A DNA stretch of 64,000 bases from Candidatus Aenigmatarchaeota archaeon (GTDB lineage: Archaea; Aenigmatarchaeota; Aenigmatarchaeia; QMZP01), in the NCBI GenBank assembly GCA_043824495.1, contig JBDRSV010000005.1, forward strand, positions 1 through 64,000, written 5' to 3'. Positions 27,875 through 37,588 of the stretch are shown piece by piece. The first letter of the stretch is position 1; the number at the start of each line of letters is the position of its first letter. Below the pieces are notes generated by a model. That model saw only the letters and a list, made by a program, of their open reading frames with translations, made no database searches and had not been told where the DNA came from. The position numbers were made by a program, and so were the translations under genes.

Positions 27875-28183
27875 TTATCTTCCTCTGATTGTTTTAATTC
27901 TTTCTACACCAACTTTTCTAACTGTTGGTTTCCATACGCTTGCTGGTAGCCAATCGACTCTGCTGTCTGCTGGGACTGTAACCTTTGCTCTAGAACCCTT
28001 GAAGATGTGAATTGTGTAAGTTCTGTCTTTGTTCCTTCGTCCTCGTTCTCTGAGTCTTATTTCTGTATATCCTCTTGTTGCGGCTTTCAAAGCTGCTTGT
28101 CTTGGCTGTCTACCAGTAAAGATAGAAACTCGACTTCCTTTCTTAAGAATGTAATATTTCTTTTTTGCTTTTCTTCTAGCCAT
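27875..28183 (-). CDS. Non-histone chromosomal protein MC1
   Basis: FTGRQPRQAALKAA.RG..IRLRERG..IHIFKG..WLP pattern of the MC1 family. Confidence 0.88.
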   Translation of the reverse strand: MARRKAKKKYYILKKGSRVSIFTGRQPRQAALKAATRGYTEIRLRERGRRNKDRTYTIHIFKGSRAKVTVPADSRVDWLPASVWKPTVRKVGVERIKTIRGR

Positions 28184-28414
28184 AGTTCACCTCAATTTGT
28201 TAAAACTTGTTATATATTTTATGTTCTTAGTATTTATAAACGTTTCCCTGTATGTCGGTTTTATTACACCGTAATTTGTAACCCACCAGTTGCAAATAAT
28301 CTTTGTTAAAATAGTCGCGGTGCATCGTTATAACGGTGTTATAAACACAAAAAATCTTAGAAAAACAGTAGAAAAACAGTTTAGCATTTAAATCTGGAAA
28401 AAATTTAATAAAGT

Positions 28415-28720
28415 ATGAATACCAATCCTCTTTATAACAATCTGAAAAGGTTAATGTGGTATTTATTTGCAGGAATGCGAGGCGGACCAACAAGAATAAA
28501 AATAATGGATTTCTTGCTTGACAGACCATATAACATGAATCAATTAAGCAAAGAATTGAAGATGGACTATAAGACTATTAGGCATCATATAAAAGTCCTA
28601 GAACAAAATAGATTAATAACATCAGAAGAAAAGAAATATGGGACCATATATTTCCCAACACAATTGTTTGAACAACACAAGGAAATATTTGATGAAATTA
28701 AAAGTAAGATAAAGGTGTAA
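28415..28720 (+). CDS. Winged-helix (ArsR-like) transcriptional regulator
   Basis: MWYLFAGMRGGPTRIKI..RPYNMNQLS..DYKTIRHH. Confidence 0.85.
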   Translation: MNTNPLYNNLKRLMWYLFAGMRGGPTRIKIMDFLLDRPYNMNQLSKELKMDYKTIRHHIKVLEQNRLITSEEKKYGTIYFPTQLFEQHKEIFDEIKSKIKV

Positions 28721-28721
28721 T

Positions 28722-29006
28722 ATGGCTTTAGAAGATACATTGACTTTGGGATTAATTTTTGTTAACATTGTTCTAGCAATAGCGTTGTTTGTAATATATG
28801 CAAGAAGTTTCAAAGCAATCAACTCAAAAACCACTCTGGGACTGCTATTCTTCTCTCTAGCGTTTGTCATAGAGAATATATTCAATTTTTACTTCTACAA
28901 CTCGTTGATAGTACAAGAATTACTCAGTTTAACAACATTTAATTTTGCAGTAAATTTACTAGAAATGATAGGATTAATTATCCTACTTTGGGTAACTTGG
29001 AAATAA
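28722..29006 (+). CDS. Three-TM small membrane protein paired with the wHTH regulator
   Basis: Hydrophobic; paralog of 35138..35425. Confidence 0.75.
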   Translation: MALEDTLTLGLIFVNIVLAIALFVIYARSFKAINSKTTLGLLFFSLAFVIENIFNFYFYNSLIVQELLSLTTFNFAVNLLEMIGLIILLWVTWK

Positions 29007-29210
29007 AATATATATTTTTAAACCGATATCAAGCAACATAATGTGGAAGTAAATTGGACCTTAGTTGGGAATAAGTTTATATACGGTTTTGAATAACGTT
29101 TTAGTATTAAGTAAATCATATTCCTCCAAAACTTTCGGGAATGATCTGATAAGCTGCTTGTGCTTGTAGTTGATTCGGATGACCCAAAAGCCCTCCTTCA
29201 TAATAAATTG

Positions 29211-29248
29211 CCAAGAAACGAGGTTTCGCAACCCGCCTTGTTTCTTGG
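29211..29248. other. Intergenic inverted repeat (13-bp stem)
   Basis: CCAAGAAACGAGG, 12-nt loop, CCTTGTTTCTTGG; lies between convergent genes. Confidence 0.7.
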
Positions 29249-29273
29249 TATTATGTTTTTCTAAAAATATAAA

Positions 29274-29831
29274 TTATTTTGAAACGAAAAGCTCTATAAT
29301 TTTTTTACAGGTTACTTCAGCTTCCTTTATACAATCATTTAGAGTTAGTAATTTCTTCTTATCATTCATTTTCTTTAGAACATACTTGACTGAATCTTCG
29401 TAACTAAATCCTCTAAGACCTAATTCATGTAGCCATATTAAGCTACCTTCAATTGTCACAAATTTGAAGCATTCTGCATTTTTGACTACTTCTGCAATCT
29501 TAGATTCTGTAGGAACTTTGTCATGATGTGCCTCAATAGAATTTAGAATTATTTTCTTTTCTTTCTCATCAACTTTCCATTCATCTAAATATTTCTTTGA
29601 AAAATCTGCACTTAGTTGAGGGTGATTTTCCCTCATACTGTTCCCCGTTTTGTTATCAAAGATTGTGTGAGAAAGATACAGAGAGACTAAAACAAGCTTT
29701 TCATCAACGTTATATTTCTTAGCTAATTCTTTCCCCTTTCTGATTGCAATTTCAGTTAAGAGCCAAGGAGGAGAATCATTCTTCTTACATTGTTCATATG
29801 CCAAATCCCTAGATAACTTGACTAGATCCAT
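29274..29831 (-). CDS. HD-domain-like hypothetical protein
   Basis: LYLSHT..HP..S..IEAHH..VVKNAEC follows HD-fold spacing, with degenerate metal ligands. Confidence 0.6.
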   Translation of the reverse strand: MDLVKLSRDLAYEQCKKNDSPPWLLTEIAIRKGKELAKKYNVDEKLVLVSLYLSHTIFDNKTGNSMRENHPQLSADFSKKYLDEWKVDEKEKKIILNSIEAHHDKVPTESKIAEVVKNAECFKFVTIEGSLIWLHELGLRGFSYEDSVKYVLKKMNDKKKLLTLNDCIKEAEVTCKKIIELFVSK

Positions 29832-29969
29832 GTTTTTATTTAAATTTAATGATTAAAAAGGAAATATGGATGATCTAGTTTATTATTCAGAAACAGTTGC
29901 TAGAGAAATTCATGATAAAATTCATGATAAAGGATGGAATGTTTATAGAGATTCTGGAAGACACATTCT

Positions 29970-30266
29970 TTGGATTTAATAGATAATTTTGTGGATGGGG
30001 ATTTAGAATTAGATACTATGTATGAATTATTACCAAAAATAGACGAACCTGAGGGTGTTGTTCAAATGGCATTCAAACTTGGAAATCCTGGGATCACAAG
30101 ACCTCTTATAAGGTATGGAGTAACTCGTGTACTAGTAGGATTCAAACTCCGTGATGGTTACACTGATATAGTTATTCGGAGAGGATCACAAGCACCTGAC
30201 ACTTCTAATCTTCCTTATAAATCATTTCTAAATGCTCTAGATACTTTAATAGATATCTCAGTATAG
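29970..30266 (+). CDS. Hypothetical protein
   Basis: 98-aa ORF; no recognised motif; start uncertain. Confidence 0.5.
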   Translation: MDLIDNFVDGDLELDTMYELLPKIDEPEGVVQMAFKLGNPGITRPLIRYGVTRVLVGFKLRDGYTDIVIRRGSQAPDTSNLPYKSFLNALDTLIDISV

Positions 30267-30267
30267 T

Positions 30268-31554
30268 CTACCTCTTCATTCTAGAATAAACAAAGTAAAT
30301 CACAGCTCCAATTATAATCACAACTATTTCTGCTAGTATTATTATAGGTTCGAACTGGAAGAGCATAAAGAATGTAGTTATAGCTCCTAGTGCAGCTAGT
30401 ACAGGGAACTTTCCAACGTTTATAGGAGATCTGAAAGGTCTCTTTTCATCTGGTTTCTTGAATCTAAGCCAAATAAGAGCCAAATTCACAAAGAAATATG
30501 CTATGAATACGCCTATATTTGTGAGAGTGGCTACTATGCTTATATCCCCTATCAAAGTCAATAGAGCTGCCACAGCAGCTACTAGGATTATAGCATAGTG
30601 TGGCGTTCTCCTGCCGCGATGTACGTGCCCTAAGAAGCTAGGTAATCCTCCTTCTCTAGCCATTCCATAGAGCATGCGCGAAGCTACTATGAGGAATATG
30701 AGTATGGTGTTGCCTGTGGCAAAAAGGGCTATTATAGAGTAGATCCAGAGCATCTGAGGACCTGCTGCAGCTACTGCAACATCTGTCAAAGGAGCATCAG
30801 AAGCCGCTAAAGCTGCTGATCCTACTATTGAAGTAGCCGAAATAGCGACTAGTATATACAAAATTGTGGAAAATGCAAGAGAAATCAACAACGCTTTCGG
30901 AATCACTTTAGTAGCATTTTTAGTCTCCTCGCTGATATTTGCCAGATCCTCGAATCCTATGAAAGCAAAAAATACCAGAGTTACTCCAGCAAATATTCCG
31001 GGAATTCCACTTGACATATCAAGAAGATTTACTTGGGTGTTACCCAAGAAACTCAATCCAAGAACTACAATCAGAATCAATCCTCCAGCTTCTATGAATG
31101 TAGATAAAATATTGAATTTGGCTGACTCTTTGATTCCAAATAGATTGATTAATGTGAATAAAATAATTGCACCAATTGCAACAGGAATTATTGGCGTGTT
31201 GAACAAACTTTGGAAATATCCAGAGAATCCAATTGCTACAGTAGTTCCTGCAACAATCAAACCAATAATAACAATCCAAGAGACTATGAAAGAGATAGAC
31301 TCTCGATTAAACGCTTTTTTTGTATAAACATATTCTGCAGCTGATTTAGGATACATGGAAGATAATTCAGCATAAGATAATCCAGTGAAAGCAGCTATGA
31401 TAGCTCCTATAACAAAGGACAACCAAAAAGAGTCTCCTGTTACACCAGCAGCTTTTCCTATGATTGCGTATATGCCTGCACCAAGAATTATGCCAATTCC
31501 ATACACTGTAGTTTCGAATAAACCTAGTTCTTTTTTGAGTGCATGTTCAGCCAT
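30268..31554 (-). CDS. APC family amino acid permease (start revised to MAEHALKK)
   Basis: LKKELGLFET..GIGIILGAGIY, YAELSSMYP and FAFIGFEDLANISEETKN. Confidence 0.92.
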   Translation of the reverse strand: MAEHALKKELGLFETTVYGIGIILGAGIYAIIGKAAGVTGDSFWLSFVIGAIIAAFTGLSYAELSSMYPKSAAEYVYTKKAFNRESISFIVSWIVIIGLIVAGTTVAIGFSGYFQSLFNTPIIPVAIGAIILFTLINLFGIKESAKFNILSTFIEAGGLILIVVLGLSFLGNTQVNLLDMSSGIPGIFAGVTLVFFAFIGFEDLANISEETKNATKVIPKALLISLAFSTILYILVAISATSIVGSAALAASDAPLTDVAVAAAGPQMLWIYSIIALFATGNTILIFLIVASRMLYGMAREGGLPSFLGHVHRGRRTPHYAIILVAAVAALLTLIGDISIVATLTNIGVFIAYFFVNLALIWLRFKKPDEKRPFRSPINVGKFPVLAALGAITTFFMLFQFEPIIILAEIVVIIIGAVIYFVYSRMKR

Positions 31555-31579
31555 GATAAGAATATAGTTGAGGAGGGAA

Positions 31580-33256
31580 TTAAGCTTTACTCCAGATCTC
31601 ATTTATCAGTTTCTTGATAAAGTCGTCTTTCTTGACACCGAATTCAACTTTCTCGTGTCCTCTTGTTCTAATAGCTAGAGTTCCAGCTTTCTCTTCTTTG
31701 TCACCGATTACAATTGTGTAAGGAATTTTGTGAACTTCGGCGTCTCTTACTTTATAATCAAGAGTATCATTTCTAATATCTAGCTCTATTCTAAATCCAA
31801 TCTTTTTTAGTTCTTCACCTAAAGCTTCTGCAGCTTTTATATTTCTCTCAGTGAATGAAAGAACTTTTACTTGAACAGGAGCTAACCAGATAGGGAAGTC
31901 ACCTTTATAATGTTCAACTAATATTCCTAAGAATCTTTCTATTGCACCGTATAATACTCTGTGGATAATCACAGGTCTATGCTCTTTGTTATCTTTACCA
32001 GTGTAAGAAATATCAAATCTCTGAGGCATTTGGAAATCTACTTGTATAGTTGCGCATTGCCAGCTTCTTCCCAAAGAATCTTTTATGTGGAAGTCAATTT
32101 TAGGTCCATAGAAAGCTCCATCACCTGGATTGAGTTTGTAATTCATTTTCAGCTTCTTTAGAGAATCTTCTAAAGCTTTCTCAGCTTTATCCCATATCTC
32201 TTTTGAACCCATTGCCTTTTCAGGTCTTGTAGATAATTCTATATCGAATTTGAAACCGAATTTTTTGTAAAAACTTGTAACCATTTCAGCAACATTTTCT
32301 ATTTCTTTTTCTAGTTGCTCTTCGGTCACGAAAATATGAGCATCGTCTTGAGTGAAAGCTCTTAATCTAAATAGTCCAGATAAAACACCACTCAATTCAT
32401 TTCTATGTACAAGTCCAAGTTCTGCTAGTTTTAGAGGTAAATCCCTGTAACTCTTTTTTCCATTCTTGTAAACTAAGATAGCTCCAGGGCAATTCATTGG
32501 TTTAACAGCAAAATCAACTTCGTCTATGTTAGTAAAAAACATGTTCTCTTTGTAGTGGTCCCAGTGACCACTTATTTCCCATATATTCTTGTTCATGATA
32601 AGAGGAGTGTTAATCTCTTTGTAATCATATTTTACGTGTTCTTGTCTCCAGAATTCAATCATGTTATTCAAAATAACTTTTCCTTTTGGATGGAAGAATA
32701 CCATACCAGGGGCAACTTCTTGGAAACTATACAAATCTAATTTCTGTCCAAGTATTCTGTGATCATTTTCACTTAGTTCTTCTCTGCTTAAGTGGGTTTT
32801 ACCTGTAATTGTTTTAACATCCTTTTTCTGCTCTTCTTTTGCACTGATTTGTTTACTTAGTTCAGATAATGGGTGTCCTTTACAAGATAAATTGAAAGCT
32901 TTGTACCAACCAAATGGAGCGCTTTTTATAGGAATTTTCTTCTTGGAAAGTTCCTGTTCTATTCTTTCAAGTACATGCATTGCGGTGTGAGGACTTGACA
33001 GATTCGGCGATAAATGAGCATAAGGATAAATTACAACATTTTTTGCTTTTACTTGTTCTAAAACTTTTATGATTTCTATTACAGTGTCACCTACAATCTT
33101 GTCTGGATTTTTTTCATCGTCCTTCTCAACTGCAGACATCACAACTAGAGCGTCTTCTACTCTTACCTTTCCTTTTTCTACATCATCTGCAGTTTTGATA
33201 GCCTTTTTCTTAGGTTCCCATTCCACAAAATCCGTGTGCAGTAAAAGTATCTTCAT
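31580..33256 (-). CDS. thrS: Threonyl-tRNA synthetase with archaeal-type N-terminal editing domain
   Basis: MKILLLHTD..PYAHLS..PFGWYKAF..CKGHPLSELS editing domain, DHRILG, KPMNCPG and GAFYGPKID. Confidence 0.96.
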   Translation of the reverse strand: MKILLLHTDFVEWEPKKKAIKTADDVEKGKVRVEDALVVMSAVEKDDEKNPDKIVGDTVIEIIKVLEQVKAKNVVIYPYAHLSPNLSSPHTAMHVLERIEQELSKKKIPIKSAPFGWYKAFNLSCKGHPLSELSKQISAKEEQKKDVKTITGKTHLSREELSENDHRILGQKLDLYSFQEVAPGMVFFHPKGKVILNNMIEFWRQEHVKYDYKEINTPLIMNKNIWEISGHWDHYKENMFFTNIDEVDFAVKPMNCPGAILVYKNGKKSYRDLPLKLAELGLVHRNELSGVLSGLFRLRAFTQDDAHIFVTEEQLEKEIENVAEMVTSFYKKFGFKFDIELSTRPEKAMGSKEIWDKAEKALEDSLKKLKMNYKLNPGDGAFYGPKIDFHIKDSLGRSWQCATIQVDFQMPQRFDISYTGKDNKEHRPVIIHRVLYGAIERFLGILVEHYKGDFPIWLAPVQVKVLSFTERNIKAAEALGEELKKIGFRIELDIRNDTLDYKVRDAEVHKIPYTIVIGDKEEKAGTLAIRTRGHEKVEFGVKKDDFIKKLINEIWSKA

Positions 33257-33320
33257 ATAACCACTATATAATTTATGTAATAGATGTTTTATAAATTAGA
33301 ATAACATAAATACACAATAT

Positions 33321-33393
33321 AGCCCTGTAGTCTAGTGGTCAAGGATGCGAGGTTCTGGTCCTCGTGACAGCGGTTCGAATCCGCTCGGGGCTA
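33321..33393 (+). tRNA. tRNA-Gln (anticodon CTG)
   Basis: Cloverleaf: AGCCCTG/CGGGGCT acceptor stem (A1-U72), CGAGG-TTCTGGT-CCTCG anticodon arm and GGTTCGAATCC T-arm. Confidence 0.95.
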
Positions 33394-34491
33394 TGTTCCT
33401 ATATTCTTTACGTTCTTCCATATACCCTTAAATGATGATAAAAGTATATCACTGATACCCCCGGGATCATATGCTTTGAGGATTGCAAACACATATTTCG
33501 ACTTGAAATTTGGTGGATAAAAGGCCATGTATTTTGGTTCCCAGAAAGTTGGGCCGAACTTTTGTTTATAATTAAAAAGAGGTTTGAATTTATAAAAGTA
33601 GTTAAGATTATTGTATGCAAAATCAAGAGCTTTGTATATGAATTCTTTTTTCTTCTCATCTTTTGTAACATCAGCTAACGGGGCCGAACCTAAAGTAACA
33701 AGTTTGTATCCTTGTTCTCTTAGTATTCGAAATGTATCGGTTATTAATAATTCTGTTGTTCCTTTTTCTGGATCTTCCTTTCTCCTAAGTATATCAAAAT
33801 AAACACCATTACGAGAAAATATAGGTACACACACAAGAAAAGCCTCTAGCTTATTTTCTTGATTAAAGACAAGAAAATATTTTCTATCACGGGGATCATC
33901 TAGAGACGCTGTACCAACTAGAAATGAGAATTCTCCTGTTTTCTTTGATTTTTGCCATAATTCAGAAAGAGCTGCCATATGGTATTCGTAATCTCTGTCC
34001 CGTTTTTCTAATGGTCTATACTCCTCCACTCTGAAACCGTCTTTTTTTGCATGGTTTATTTCATTGCGCAGGTCCATGAATCTGCCTCCTGCAGTGTTCC
34101 ATTCATCTAAGTCAAAAAACGGCTCTTCTCCTATCTTAATATAGTTGAATCCCATTATCTCTAGAATATCTTTAACCTTCTTGCTGATTGCCTGAAAACA
34201 ACAGTCTTTATTGTTTCTTCGGCAAAATAATCTAAACTCGTGGACAAAATTTATAATGTTCTGGTCATCACACACCGGATCACCGGCAACAAGAAAAATA
34301 TCCGCTATTTCAATATAAGCTATAACACCTTCTATTCCTTTCTCGCTGAAAAAATATTTCTTATTGCCAATTAGTATATTATAAGAAGTTGAGTTGTATC
34401 CGTATTTTCTAATCAAGTCTAATATTCTATATTCATTCTCACCAAAATCGACATCATTCATATAACGATTGGCATGACATGGTACAGCCAC
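33391..34491 (-). CDS. Stand-alone phosphatidylglycerol lysyltransferase-like GNAT domain (DUF2156 / MprF C-terminal)
   Basis: VAGDPVC, IKIGEEPFFDL, LRNEINHA, FDILRR, TLGSAPLA, FYKFKPLFNYKQKF and WEPKY. Confidence 0.85.
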   Translation of the reverse strand: MAVPCHANRYMNDVDFGENEYRILDLIRKYGYNSTSYNILIGNKKYFFSEKGIEGVIAYIEIADIFLVAGDPVCDDQNIINFVHEFRLFCRRNNKDCCFQAISKKVKDILEIMGFNYIKIGEEPFFDLDEWNTAGGRFMDLRNEINHAKKDGFRVEEYRPLEKRDRDYEYHMAALSELWQKSKKTGEFSFLVGTASLDDPRDRKYFLVFNQENKLEAFLVCVPIFSRNGVYFDILRRKEDPEKGTTELLITDTFRILREQGYKLVTLGSAPLADVTKDEKKKEFIYKALDFAYNNLNYFYKFKPLFNYKQKFGPTFWEPKYMAFYPPNFKSKYVFAILKAYDPGGISDILLSSFKGIWKNVKNIGT

Positions 34492-34767
34492 GAGTTTTTA
34501 AAAACTGATGATGACGTTGCGGGTCGCCACAAGGCTCATCCCCGATAAGCATATAACCACTTATGAGAGCTTAATGCTGCCATACCCATCCCCTCCATGG
34601 AATAATATTGGTGAAGTTAATAAATTCGTTCTCCAGAATGTCTTCATAATTTTCTCTTATTATTAATGCAATGCGAAAGAACAGTTAGAACATTTGTAGC
34701 TGTCGTGGGTTCAATTATGAAGAAAAACTGAATCAGTTATGATACTATATTGTAAGTTCCTTGGAAT

Positions 34768-34983
34768 ATGAATTTAATAAGGAATTCTACTTCTTATTTG
34801 GAGACCCCAAATGGAGGTGGTTATATGTGCCCTTTGCAGGCATTTCAGTTCCTAGAGCCCATAGAATTCAATATCTGTGATAAGTGTAGATCTTACAACA
34901 AACATCTAGAATCAACGGATATAGGATGGATATGTAGGTCATGTGTGAGGAGAGAATATATTGGAGGGGGAATGTTTATATGA
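34768..34983 (+). CDS. Small zinc-finger-like protein
   Basis: CDKC and CRSC pairs; the stop overlaps the next ATG. Confidence 0.55.
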   Translation: MNLIRNSTSYLETPNGGGYMCPLQAFQFLEPIEFNICDKCRSYNKHLESTDIGWICRSCVRREYIGGGMFI

Positions 34984-35126
34984 AAGAAGACGTTAAACTA
35001 GTCCCTGGAAAACAAGAGGAGGCGCCTGATATTCAATTAGTGCCATTCAGCAAACAATTGGTATCGCCCGCTGAACAAGAAGATGTATACCTTGACTTGT
35101 TTGACGTTGAATCTATCCTCGTTTAA
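34980..35126 (+). CDS. Small acidic hypothetical protein (48 aa)
   Basis: SD GGAGGGGG and ATGA overlap with the upstream stop. Confidence 0.45.
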   Translation: MKEDVKLVPGKQEEAPDIQLVPFSKQLVSPAEQEDVYLDLFDVESILV

Positions 35127-35137
35127 TTTTTATTTTT

Positions 35138-35425
35138 TTATTTTCTTGTTGTATATACAAGAGCAATAAGACCTCCTAGCTCTAATAAGTTCAATATTGA
35201 GTTGTGGAAGTTTACTCCATTTATATAGTCTATTCCAGAAAATAATCTAAAGTAAACAGAAGAAACATTGTTAAGGAACAATAGAACTACAAAGAAAAGG
35301 AGACCTCCTGTAAACCCGGATTTTATCTTTTTGTGAGTCTTTCCATAAAAAATCACAAGGTATAGTAATAGTAGGCTGTTTATTATGCGGACACCGATAG
35401 CGAAGTAAATGATATCGAAACTCAT
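35138..35425 (-). CDS. Three-TM small membrane protein paired with a wHTH regulator (second copy)
   Basis: Shares K...GLLFF...N...LLE..GLI with 28722..29006. Confidence 0.75.
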   Translation of the reverse strand: MSFDIIYFAIGVRIINSLLLLYLVIFYGKTHKKIKSGFTGGLLFFVVLLFLNNVSSVYFRLFSGIDYINGVNFHNSILNLLELGGLIALVYTTRK

Positions 35426-35461
35426 ATTTATTTACACCCTTAGCTTCTTTTTATTTCTTTC

Positions 35462-35785
35462 TCATAATCTCTTCTTAATTTCTTCAAGTGTGGCCTTTTC
35501 GCTTTCGAAAAGCTCGGTAAAAAAATATATTTCACCATACGTCTTGCCCTCAGAGTAAATAATATTGTTATCAACAAGAATTTTTATGTGATGTAGTATT
35601 GTTCTATAATCCACATCGAGTTGTTTGCTTAACTGGTGCATGTTATACGGTCTTTGTTTCAAAAGCTCGACAATTTTTAATCTGGTTGTTCCACCCTTTG
35701 TACCTACGAAAATGTACCACATGAGATTCCTAAATCTCTGAGGAGTTATCATGTTAATAATATGATTTTTATATTTAAATCCCAA
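35462..35785 (-). CDS. Winged-helix (ArsR-like) regulator (second copy)
   Basis: MWYIFVGTKGGTTRLKI..RPYNMHQLS..DYRTILHH. Confidence 0.85.
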   Translation of the reverse strand: MGFKYKNHIINMITPQRFRNLMWYIFVGTKGGTTRLKIVELLKQRPYNMHQLSKQLDVDYRTILHHIKILVDNNIIYSEGKTYGEIYFFTELFESEKATLEEIKKRL

Positions 35786-35832
35786 CCTGAAGCATAACAG
35801 TTACTTGTTCTCATATTCTACTCTGCGCGGGG

Positions 35833-36825
35833 CTATCTTTTTTCTGCAATGACTACATGCATCATTACATCTTCTCTTACTTCTCCATCGGGGATCTTTG
35901 GATCGTGTCCCCAATCAACAAGAGCACCATTTTCATAACTAAATCTATTATTTTGTCCTACATCAGATGGTACGCCCATGAGCATCATGGCTCTTTCACT
36001 TATTTCATTTTTAGTTGATCTAGCGTTCGCTCGGACTCTGCCTGCTTGTTCTAATCCGAATCCAGAATTTTCCAAAACTTGAGCCATATACGCTGTTAAA
36101 TAATCATTAACTCCGATGGGTCCATATTCAATAGAATCAAATGATCGAAGAAATACTCCCCTATCATAAAGACGATTATTTACAATGAAAAGTTTCTCTT
36201 CATACTCACATGGAATATCTGGACTGGCTCCCATCGCTAATCTTTTTGCAGATTCTCTCATAAGAAGAGCTGGTTCTCCTGGCTGTAAATCTTGAAAATG
36301 AACAAAATGTCCACCTGGTCTTAGGCATCTCTTCGTTTCTTCTGCAGCTATTTCCTGAAAAACAATTCCATCCCATGAACTAAGACCTGCAATTACATCT
36401 ACACTAGCGTCAGATAAGGGCATATCATACATGCTCCCAACATCTACTCTAGGAGTTCTACCAAGACTCTGACTAAATTCTCTATTGTGTTCTACCGCCT
36501 GTGGATTGATATCAAATTGTCGCCAGTCAAGACCTTCTGGAAGATAGAAATTTTGTAACCAACCACGAACACCAGAACCAAATTCTGCACCTTGGTTTAT
36601 TGACGAGAAATCGAATGCACTTCTTACTAGTTTTTTTGCAGCTTCCATTATTCTAAATCTTACAATTCTATAATGGTGCTGGTAATCAATAGAATCATTT
36701 GCTAGCCAACCAGTCTCATATGCTAACGCTTCATCTGTAAGAAATCCTTCGCCGGCTAATCTATAATCTCTCCTTACTTCATCACCTGTGACGATTCTAC
36801 TATAATTTCTATTATGTACTTCCAT
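35833..36825 (-). CDS. Class I SAM-dependent methyltransferase-like protein
   Basis: AEFGSG motif I, FDIN motif II and SMYDMPLSDASVDVI. Confidence 0.75.
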   Translation of the reverse strand: MEVHNRNYSRIVTGDEVRRDYRLAGEGFLTDEALAYETGWLANDSIDYQHHYRIVRFRIMEAAKKLVRSAFDFSSINQGAEFGSGVRGWLQNFYLPEGLDWRQFDINPQAVEHNREFSQSLGRTPRVDVGSMYDMPLSDASVDVIAGLSSWDGIVFQEIAAEETKRCLRPGGHFVHFQDLQPGEPALLMRESAKRLAMGASPDIPCEYEEKLFIVNNRLYDRGVFLRSFDSIEYGPIGVNDYLTAYMAQVLENSGFGLEQAGRVRANARSTKNEISERAMMLMGVPSDVGQNNRFSYENGALVDWGHDPKIPDGEVREDVMMHVVIAEKR

Positions 36826-36955
36826 GGTTTAGGAAGTGAGCTTAATTTTAAATAGATACGCCCAGAAGAGTGAATCCGAAGATGACCATAAATCTACCTT
36901 ATAAGAAGTAAAACACAATTATATATTATTAAAATACCAATATGGAGGTAAAATT

Positions 36956-37189
36956 ATGGCTACAGCCAAAAGAGAAGAACGAAGAGAAGAACGAAGAGAA
37001 GAACGAAGAGAAACACGAAGAGACGGAAGAGTGGATGTTGCAAGATTGGATGTACGAGTTGAAAGAGACATTTCCGATGTACGAAGAGAAGCAGCAGAAG
37101 CAAGAAGAGACGCATCAGAAGCACGAAGAGAAGCATCAGAAGCACGAAGAATGATTGAAGAAAGACTTTTAGAAGAAAGAAGAAGATAA
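36956..37189 (+). CDS. Arg/Glu-rich repetitive small protein
   Basis: SD GGAGGT 7 nt upstream selects this frame; REER repeats and RREASEA heptads. Confidence 0.6.
   Translation: MATAKREERREERREERRETRRDGRVDVARLDVRVERDISDVRREAAEARRDASEARREASEARRMIEERLLEERRR
36971..37150 (+). repeat. In-frame tandem repeats (12-bp x4 and 21-bp x3)
   Basis: AGAGAAGAACGA units at 36971-37018 (fourth imperfect); CGAAGAGAAGCATCAGAAGCA-like units at 37082-37144. Confidence 0.85.
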
Positions 37190-37281
37190 ATTTCATTTTT
37201 TTTGGAAGTCTTTTTTTATTATTTTTTTTATTATTTTATTGTATACAATCTTTTATTGTGTTCTCTATAATACTCAGAATC

Positions 37282-37500
37282 CTATTTCTCATACTTGATA
37301 ATTTTTACTTTGTATTGTGCTGCTAAACAAATAATCATTATTACAAGATAAAAATACCAAGGAAATTCCATGGCGTCGCTTCTAAATTGTGGCCATGCTG
37401 TGTATAGAAAAAGTATAAAGAACATTGTAGCTATTATAAGAAGAACTACGTGATATCTCTTCATTTCAAATGTATCATGAAATCTGTCACTTAACCACAT
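37282..37500 (-). CDS. Small two-TM membrane protein
   Basis: Two hydrophobic segments in 72 aa. Confidence 0.6.
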   Translation of the reverse strand: MWLSDRFHDTFEMKRYHVVLLIIATMFFILFLYTAWPQFRSDAMEFPWYFYLVIMIICLAAQYKVKIIKYEK

Positions 37501-37588
37501 AATTATCTGCTTCTAGTTTAAACTTCCCCATCAATACTTATAAAACTTGAACACAAGAATAAACATAAAAAATCAGAGAGGTGTAAAC

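Noticed and set aside
29176-29225. Hammerhead ribozyme (CGGATGA ... GAAAC)
   Set aside because: The core has a mismatch to CUGAUGA and no stem II forms between the two segments.
33421-33445. Partial similarity to the right-end motif (TTTTATCATCATTTAAGGGTATA on the minus strand)
   Set aside because: It lies within coding sequence (SSFKGI), lacks the TTGTC core and has no adjacent cassette.
36942-37196. Alternative frames over the Arg/Glu repeat (36942..37154 + and 36960..37196 -)
   Set aside because: They are open only because of the repeats; the SD spacing supports the 36956 frame.
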